This document shows positions 55,583-64,000 of a stretch of 64,000 nucleotides of DNA, piece after piece. Position 1 is the first letter of the stretch. Every line of letters begins with the position of its first letter. Source of the DNA: Octopus vulgaris (taxonomy: Eukaryota). The DNA lies in the NCBI GenBank assembly GCA_951406725.2, contig OX597835.1:11470001-11534000 (forward strand), given 5' to 3'. The translations under genes were made by a program, and so were the position numbers. The notes under the pieces are model-generated. The model was given only the letters and a program-made list of their open reading frames with translations, did not search any database and had not been told where the DNA came from.

Positions 55583-55970
55583 GTGGAGGTGCAATGGCCC
55601 AGTGGTTAGGGCAGCGGACTCGCGGTCATAGGATCGCGGTTTCGATTCCCAGACCGGGCGTTGTGAGTGTTTATTGAGCAAAAAACACCTAAAGCTCCAC
55701 GAGGCTCCGGCAGGGATGGTGGTGATCCCTGCTGTACTCTTTCACCACAACTTTCTCTCACTCTTACTTCCTGTTTCTGTTGTACCTGTATTTCAAAGGG
55801 CCGGCCTTGTCACTCTCTGTGTCACGCTGAATATCTCCGAGAACTACGTTAAGGGCACACGTGTCTGTGGAGTGCTCAGCCACTTACACGTTAATTTCAC
55901 GAGCAGGCTGTTCCGTTGATTCGGATCAACCGGAACCCTCATTGTCGTAACCGACGGAGTGCTTCCATCC
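55583..55970 (+). mobile_element. SINE family D with 10-bp TSD
   Basis: aatcataact at 55573-55582 and 55971-55980. Confidence 0.93.
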
Positions 55971-56068
55971 AATCATAACTACTTAGTGTACCTCTATTTA
56001 GTTAATTCTAGGTTGACAAAGCTTTACACACATCAACAAATTTGCTATGAACGAGGGGTTCGATGAAT

Positions 56069-56112
56069 GCTGCTGATGAAGCGTAACGACACAGAAACAC
56101 GTGCCGTACAGT
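56069..56112 (+). ncRNA. Minimal type I hammerhead-like motif
   Basis: gcug-CUGAUGA-a-gcgu(aacg)acac-a-GAAA-cacgugccg-UA-cagu; one mismatch in stem II. Confidence 0.55.
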
Positions 56113-56446
56113 CCAATGACGTCATTTATAGTGCAGCTCTGTGTGTTTTCAGATGTATTGGCTATAAAGAGAGTTTCTCTTCCAGAACGGTTACCGAAGT
56201 GAAAGTCTTATCATGTCTGAACGAATACGTACGTGATTAATATAATTGTACGCATATTTAAATAAATGTTGTTGGACATCGCCACAATTTGAATGCAGAA
56301 CCGCGAGACAGACAAAGATAAATAGAATCTAGCATGTGTTGTTGATGATGATGCCCAGACCAAAAGCATTGCTTCCGCTACAATCCTGTTTTTTCCCAGA
56401 CACAAAGACACGTTCTGCAATGTGTCACTTTCTAAACATAAGGGTG

Positions 56447-56513
<67 letters not shown>

Positions 56514-57073
56514 TTGGGTGCATTTTCTAGCGCCTCGAACAACTCTATAGAGGCTTTCATATTTCCTGCACGGAAAGACATTGATTTTGAGACTGTAGAA
56601 TTTCTGTCACGACATCTTCACTAAATGATATTTCTTTATAAACATATCTTAAAATATTTAGTGGAACCGTTGTCTCTTTCTGAAAGTATAAAAATAAATA
56701 AATAAAAAAAAGTAATTTTAAAACAAAATGTCGTTGATAGAGGCCAGAGGTAATTAAAATAAATAATTAAAAAGCAACGATAGTTGTAGAAGCCTGAAGC
56801 CACATTTTAAAATCATGTAAAAGGCAGATCACATTAAAATCAATATTTGTGAAATAGACGATAATTAAAGGAACTTAAACACTTGTCAGATCTTAGAATA
56901 ACAACTTTTACCTCTTACCACCTCCACCTCTACCACAAACAGTACCACGTCCCGACCAACACCAACACAGCCACTACCAGGTCTTGGCTGTCAGACATCT
57001 ATTTAGTAACACTACGCTATTCTGACCAGGCAAAATATACATTATATATTATTTGATAGTCTTTATTTTAACA

Positions 57074-57184
<111 letters not shown>

Positions 57185-57214
57185 ATCTATCTATCTATCT
57201 ACCTACCTACCTAC

Positions 57215-57309
<95 letters not shown>

Positions 57310-57538
57310 TATATATACATGCACATGATTATATAGGTTTGGCGATTTAAACAAGAAAAATAGAACTCAAAATAAGTATATGTATAATTTTATTATTATT
57401 ACGGAGATGTACTTGCATAGCGAGTGACTTGATCTGAGATCGTGTGCTGGAACGAAAACAATTGCAGCGTGGAAGGTGTTTGTAAGCCATTTAAGAAACA
57501 CACAAAACCGTTAGATTCATTTCAACATTTAAATTTAA

Positions 57539-57589
57539 TTTGTCAAAATATTTTCGTCGCTTTTAGACCGCGACCTGTTCACTGACAAA
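57539..57589 (-). ncRNA. Type I hammerhead ribozyme with G3:C8 core variant
   Basis: uuuguca-GUGAACA-g-gucgc(9 nt)gcgac-GAAA-auau-UU-ugacaaa: perfect 7-bp stem I, 5-bp stem II, palindromic AAUAUU stem III. Confidence 0.72.
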
Positions 57590-57854
57590 ACTTCGTGCTG
57601 CATTCCAGTACGATGTTTTATCTCAATAAAAATTTGTCTCAATAAAGATTTGACAGGAATAACGGAACCAAAAAGATAAAAAACATGAATGATAGACCTT
57701 CACAAGAAAATAAAGCAGTGAAGCTGCTGGACAAACGTCCGTTCTCCATGCGGACATCAGTCCATTAGGACAACACCAAATGCCTCCTCCAACAAACAAC
57801 TGATGTTACATTTCACTAAGCTCAAACGTGGCTCCCCCCCCAAAAAAAAAAAAT

Positions 57855-58363
<509 letters not shown>

Positions 58364-58559
58364 ACAGAAACCGCCAACATTTACGTTCATATTCTTGACT
58401 CATCTCTGTTGATCAGGATGTCTGGATTGTCTCTGACGAAGGTTCTTTACTTAAACTGACCACCCAGCCGACTCCCTGAATGGAACTCACTCCCAGCCCA
58501 CATCATCTCTATAAATGCCGAAACTGATTATCAATCGCATTGATGTTACAATTCTTGGA

Positions 58560-58947
58560 TGTGGAGGCGCAATGGCCCAGTGGTTAGGGCAGCGGACTCG
58601 CGGTCGTAGGATCACGGTTTCGATTCCCAGACCGGGCGTTGTGAGTGTTTATTGAGCGAAAATACCTAAAGCTCCACGAGGCTCCGGCAGGGGATGGTGC
58701 TGATCCCTGCTGTACTCTTTCACCACAACTTTCTCTCACTCTTACTTCCTGTTTCTGTTGTACCTGTATTTCAAAGGGCCGGCCTTGTCACTCTCTGTGT
58801 CACGCTGAATATCCCCGAGAACTACGTTAAGTGTACACGTGTCTGTGGAGTGCTCAACCACTTACGCGTTAATTTCACGAGTAGGCTGTTCCGTTGATCG
58901 GATCAACCGGAACCCTCGTCGTCGTAACCGACGGAGTGCTTCCATCC
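58560..58947 (+). mobile_element. SINE family D with 12-bp TSD
   Basis: acaattcttgga at 58548-58559 and 58948-58959. Confidence 0.94.
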
Positions 58948-60363
58948 ACAATTCTTGGAAAACTTGAAAGCGCCATAAGTATTGTGCCTCCTTCTTTGAC
59001 TAACTCATACGAAAATAAAAGAAGAACCACATGGAACATTAGAGAATGGAACTGTTTATTATGAATATTTGAATATCAGATTTTATTTTTTCTATTTTTT
59101 ATTTTTTCACCATTCTTCGATTTGTTCCGTTATCAGATGATTTCAAAATCAGTAAAAGTCGATAAAACATGTCACTGATTCATTGGAATTGGTTATTTAT
59201 TTGAAAATCTAAACAAAATAGTCTTGCAGAGTGGCAGGAGCAGCAGAGACAACGACAGATTGAATGTCTTGCTATATTTCGTTAGATTCATTATTTGCAG
59301 AGGTCACCTCTCGCCGAAGATATTTTCGGCTCGATTCATTCGACTTTAATAATTTCCTGCCAATTTGTGGCCTCGGGCCAATATTAATAATCAATACTTA
59401 ACATAGGAAAAAGAAAAAGAAGTAAATTTCTATTTGAATAACGCTAACTATTTTGAAATATCTGTTTAGATCGTCCACTGTTTACAGGAGATGTAAGAGA
59501 AGTGATGATTTCTAGCATCAATAATTAATACCAGCAGGCAAGATAACCTTTTCACATCAACCTCTCAATCCTAACTTGTAAAATTCTATGTTCGTTTATA
59601 AAATGTTCACTGATCAAAGCGGAAAATTACAACATCGTGTCTCACTGATGAGCGTCAACAAAGATCACGTTTCCTCGAAGCATAAAAATTCAATTTTCGG
59701 TAAAATTAATTCTTAATTTCTGTAAATTGTCTCCCTTTTATTTCAAGCATTACCAAAAATTACCGCTTGTTTTTGTTCTCTGAATAAGAATCATTTTTTT
59801 TTTTTTTTTTTTTGCATACAACTACTAGAATTATCCAAATTCCTCGAACAATTTCAGCTATTAATCTGAGCATTTTTAGCATCCTTTTCTTTTGTTTTCT
59901 TTTTTTTTTTGTAAATTCTGGAAATTATACTGAATAAAATTTTTCGAAGCTGTTATTTTTATTCACAAAAAATCTCTGTCCAAAGATCGAATCAGACTTG
60001 AAGAATACTGTGCTTTACTGACGACTCAGAAATATGTTCATTATTGTCAGTTTACCTTCAAAGATCAAATTCTAATCCAAAGTTTCAAATCTTAATATTC
60101 TTGAAATTCTAAAGTCATTATTGTTTTGAAATTATCTTCTCTTCCCTACGAGAATTGTTATCAATTACTGTCATGTTTTTGTTTTTATTCTCCAACAAAG
60201 CGATAAATTCATTAAGAACTATTTTGTGTATTTAATTGTTATATCATCATCTAACCAATTTCTTTCTTTCATTCTTAACATTGCCTGCGAATCCTACGTC
60301 AGGTCTTACATGAACACTCCTTCTCTTACCGTTGATCCCGTAATCGCTGCCATTACGGTACTA

Positions 60364-60504
60364 TTAGGTAGTCCCAAAAGTTCGTAAACACTTGCGAAAA
60401 TTGAATTTTTACTCGCCAAGTACTAACAAAAACAACAAAAATTATTCCTCAAAATAAAGACCATTATTTTCCAAGACTTTCTACGAACTTTTTGGACAAC
60501 CTTA
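60364..60504. mobile_element. mariner-derived MITE
   Basis: TA|ttaggtagtcccaaaagttcgta ... tacgaactttttggacaacctta|TA. Confidence 0.8.
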
Positions 60505-61357
60505 TATTATCATCAATATTAACGATTTCTAGTCTTGTTACTCTTACTTCATCTGAATTCGCCATTGTATTCGCCATTGAGAATTCATGGAAGAAGTTTC
60601 GTGGGACTATGAATTTCACAAGTGGTCCCCAACAATCCCGCATGTAGAGACATCCTGTTTGCCTCAGATTGTCCGCAGACGCAGGGACAGAACGACCGAG
60701 GAGCCGCCGGTTGCCGAGACAGACACTCTGAGGATCTGACCGACGGACCTCTCGTTGAATGTGATTTGTGGGTGACACGCTTACAGAAAAACGGTCACTT
60801 TGCAACAGCTAGGTTTCAGGTTCGGTACTTCTGAGGAGCCTGGGGGAAATGTCTTCCACAAAGCCACTAATCCATCAATAACTTCTGAGTTAAAACTGTA
60901 GAAGGATACTGTACGGACGCCCCAAGTACACACATACATAGAATCACTCACAGACACAGATTCACAGACACAGATACACATACACACACACTCACACTCA
61001 CGCACATACACGCATAGATACACATATATATATATACATATTTTTGTGTGCGCGTGTGTATATATGCTCAAGTGAATATGTGCGTGTATGTGCGTGTGTG
61101 TGCGTGCGCACATATGCGTATTTGTCTGTAATTGGCTCTGTCATCACGTTGACACTGAGTAGAACACTGGTATCTCTGTTTATGTCCGATAATTATCGCT
61201 TTATTATAATAAAGCGATAAGACAATAAGATATCGCTAAAAGATCCACATCACTTAAAAGTAACCGCCGTACTTGGTACGATCGACTAACAGCCACCTTT
61301 ATGGTTGTGTGCTCCAGAATGACCGCAGTCCACTGAGTTTAAAAAAGGAAGACTAAT

Positions 61358-61520
61358 AGTGGCTGTGTGGTAAGTAGCTTGCTAACCAACCACATGGTTC
61401 CGGGTTCAGTCCCACTGCGTGGCATCTTGGGCAAGTGTCTTCTGCTATAGCCCCGGGCCGACCAATGCCTTGTGAGTGGATTTGGTAGACGGAAACTGAA
61501 AGAAGCCTGTCGTATATATG

Positions 61521-61551
<31 letters not shown>

Positions 61552-61767
61552 TTGCGTGTCTGTGTTTGTCCCCCTAGCATTGCTTGACAACCAATGCTGG
61601 TGTGTTTACGTCCCCGTCAATTAGCGGTTCGGCAAAAGAGACCGATAGAATAAGTACTGGGCTTACAAAGAATAAGTCCCGGGGTCGGTTTGCTCGACTG
61701 ACTAAAGGCGGTGCTCCAGCATGGCCGCAGTCAAAATGACTGAAACAAGTAAAAGAGTAAAAGAGTA
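61358..61767 (+). mobile_element. SINE family C
   Basis: Near-identical to 32175-32585. Confidence 0.9.
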
Positions 61768-62105
61768 TCTGTAGGTTGAATTTGCAAGGGAAGACGCTGA
61801 AAGGAAGGGTTTCGTTTTTCTGGAGGACGTATTAATGTAAAACATTCACCGCAGGTTCAAGTCTCCGTGTGGTCTTTGTTATTTGATGGTTGCACCATTC
61901 CGCGTCATTTCTAAGAAACACAGAGAGAGAGAGACAGAGGGGGGGGAGAAAGAAAGAGAGAGAGAGAGGGAGGAGGCAGAGATAAAAAAACAACACATCG
62001 TTGTTGAGTCTAAAATGAAATTATTCCTGTTTCTTTTAAATGCAATTTTGAATATAATTGGCGTAACGTCTCTTTCATCGTTGCGTTTGTCATCGCCATT
62101 GCTGC

Positions 62106-62143
<38 letters not shown>

Positions 62144-62562
62144 TTGCTGCTATTGTTGTTGCTGCTGCTGCTGCTGTTGTTGTTGTTGTTGTTGTTCTTT
62201 AGCACCAAAAGGTGAAACTGATTCACCCTGTTCAGTTTCGATTAATTTCATAAATATCTTCAAGAATATATGTTGTTGACAGAAACAATTTTTGACCGAT
62301 GTTATCACTTTTACCATTTTGCTCAGACATACACACACACACACCCTACGTACACGCACTCATACACGCATACGCACACATACACACATGCGCGCGCATC
62401 TTAACCGAATTTCTTTCTGATCTTGTGTCAAAATTTAAAATCAATGTACGCCCACATATACACACCCACATATGTATGTATATATATATATATATATGTA
62501 TATATATACACACACACATATATATCTCTTATTATAATATACATATAAATGTGCATACATAC

Positions 62563-62604
<42 letters not shown>

Positions 62605-63193
62605 TATATAAAATCCGTTCTTTCTGTGTGTGTGTGTGTGTCTTCTAGGATCTCAGGCGTCTTCCACCCGATTGCGCTCAAATTTGATATGTAGATACCG
62701 ACGGTATCAGGACGTGTATAAGTCTTGAAAAAATTACAAAAACCGATTCCAGGTGAGAATGCGATCAATAAAGCCGTGGGAACGTGCATTTGCACACGCA
62801 AGTACATCAGCTGTTGCGATCGATACTACACATACGCGAGAACAATGCACGTGCAGTTTGCGCAAAAAAAGTCAAGGAGCAGGGGATGTTGTTTTTATTT
62901 CCCGCATGTCATTGGTTCCCTCGGACTGTGTTTACCCGATGAAACGCGTTCAATTCCCTATTCGCCTGAGCTTAGCGATGACCATCAACAAAGAACAGGG
63001 GCAGTCATTGAAAGTCATGGGGTTGGACCCCAGCACTCCCTGCTTTTCGCACGGACAACTGTATGTGGGCTGTTCAAGGGTTGGCTGTTCGACAAACCTT
63101 TTCTACTATGCTCCAGACGGAGTAACAAGGAATGTGGTTTACAAGGCTGTGCTCCACAAGCTTTTCCATACCCTTGAACATCCCGTAAAGTAA
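62605..63193 (+). mobile_element. Internally deleted Helitron retaining the RepHel PIF1-family helicase C-terminus
   Basis: GDVVFISRMSLVPSD...KRVQFPIRLSLAMTINKEQGQSLKVMGLD...CFSHGQLYVGCSRVG...TRNVVY; Helitron-like 5' tatataaaa+(GT)n. Confidence 0.9.
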
Positions 63194-63314
63194 GTAAGCT
63201 TAAAATTAGTTACTTAGTTCCCTAGGTTGTTGCTTTTTATCAAAAATTGCCCAATTTGATTTCCTACATGTTTTATCGGATAAACTTATTATTGTCCCAG
63301 GTACGGTCGCAGGT

Positions 63315-63630
63315 GAAGACGCGTCACAAAAGGTTAGGGTATTCGGCTCAAAATCTTAAGGTCGCGAGTTTGATAGCCGGCGGCGCGTGTATCCTTGAGC
63401 AAGACACTTTATTTCACTTTGCTGCAGTCCACTCAGTTGGCAAAAATGAGTTGTACCTGTAATTCAAACGGGTCAGCCTTGTCACATTCAATGTCATGCA
63501 GAATCTTCCTGAGAACTACGTTAAGGATACGTATATTTGTGGAGTGAGTCAACTAATTGTACATCAATTTCACATACAGGCTGTTCTGTTGAATCAGATC
63601 AACTGGAACACTCGTCATCTTATTCGACGG
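63315..63630 (+). mobile_element. Diverged family D-related SINE
   Basis: ccttgagcaagacactttatttcac...gagaactacgttaagg shared with 49745. Confidence 0.75.
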
Positions 63631-63682
63631 AATGATTGTTGTCGATTGCAAATCATACCTGAAATGTAGCCGTTTTCTTCTT

Positions 63683-64000
63683 TTTTTTTCTTTTTCCTTT
63701 TTGCTTCGGTAAAAGGTTTCAGGATTTGAACTTCGAATGTATAGAGCAGGAACAGATACCTATTTCTTTACTACCCACAAGGGGCTAAATAAAGAGAGGA
63801 CAAACAGATTAAATCGATTATATCGACCCCAGTGCGTAACTGGTACTTTTTTTTTCTTTTTCTTTTTTGCTTCGGTAAAAGGTTTCAGGATTTGAACTTC
63901 GAATGTATAGAGCAGGAACAGATACCTATTTCTTTACTACCCACAAGGGGCTAAATAAAGAGAGGACAAACAGATTAAATCGATTATATCGACCCCAGTG
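63683..64000. repeat. Recent ~165-bp tandem duplication (unique flank plus family B tail), cut by the window edge
   Basis: gcttcggtaaaaggtttcagg...cgaccccagtg occurs twice, essentially identical. Confidence 0.93.

Noticed and set aside
59640-59690. CUGAUGA...GAAG motif
   Set aside because: GAAA box and stems I/III are not satisfied

Overview
AT-rich, repeat-dominated animal DNA, most likely octopus/cephalopod (inferred from tRNA-headed SINE families, RTE/Penelope/Helitron debris and very dense TA/CA/TACA/AAT microsatellites). Nearly all listed ORFs are microsatellite or SINE artefacts. No complete host gene is visible; the only candidate is a weak terminal exon at 14740-14789 ending ETFI*. 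Recognisable mobile DNA: three abundant SINE families, three RTE LINE 3' ends, two Penelope-like GIY-YIG remnants, R4/Dong-like fragments, Helitrons (one with a PIF1 helicase C-terminus), mariner/maT remnants, and piggyBac-, mariner- and Merlin-like MITEs. The most interesting signals are: (1) several minimal type I hammerhead ribozyme folds, including an intact one with a compensatory G3:C8 core (57539-57589) and a Penelope terminal repeat coupling a tRNA-like Pol III head to a hammerhead; (2) a SINE whose 3' end repeatedly abuts GGTAT, a motif present in its own head, giving head-to-tail arrays consistent with self-targeted insertion; (3) an ORF1-like fragment followed directly by a GAGG-loop-CCTC hairpin array and a polyA signal. 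All folds and translations were done by eye; no database search was run.
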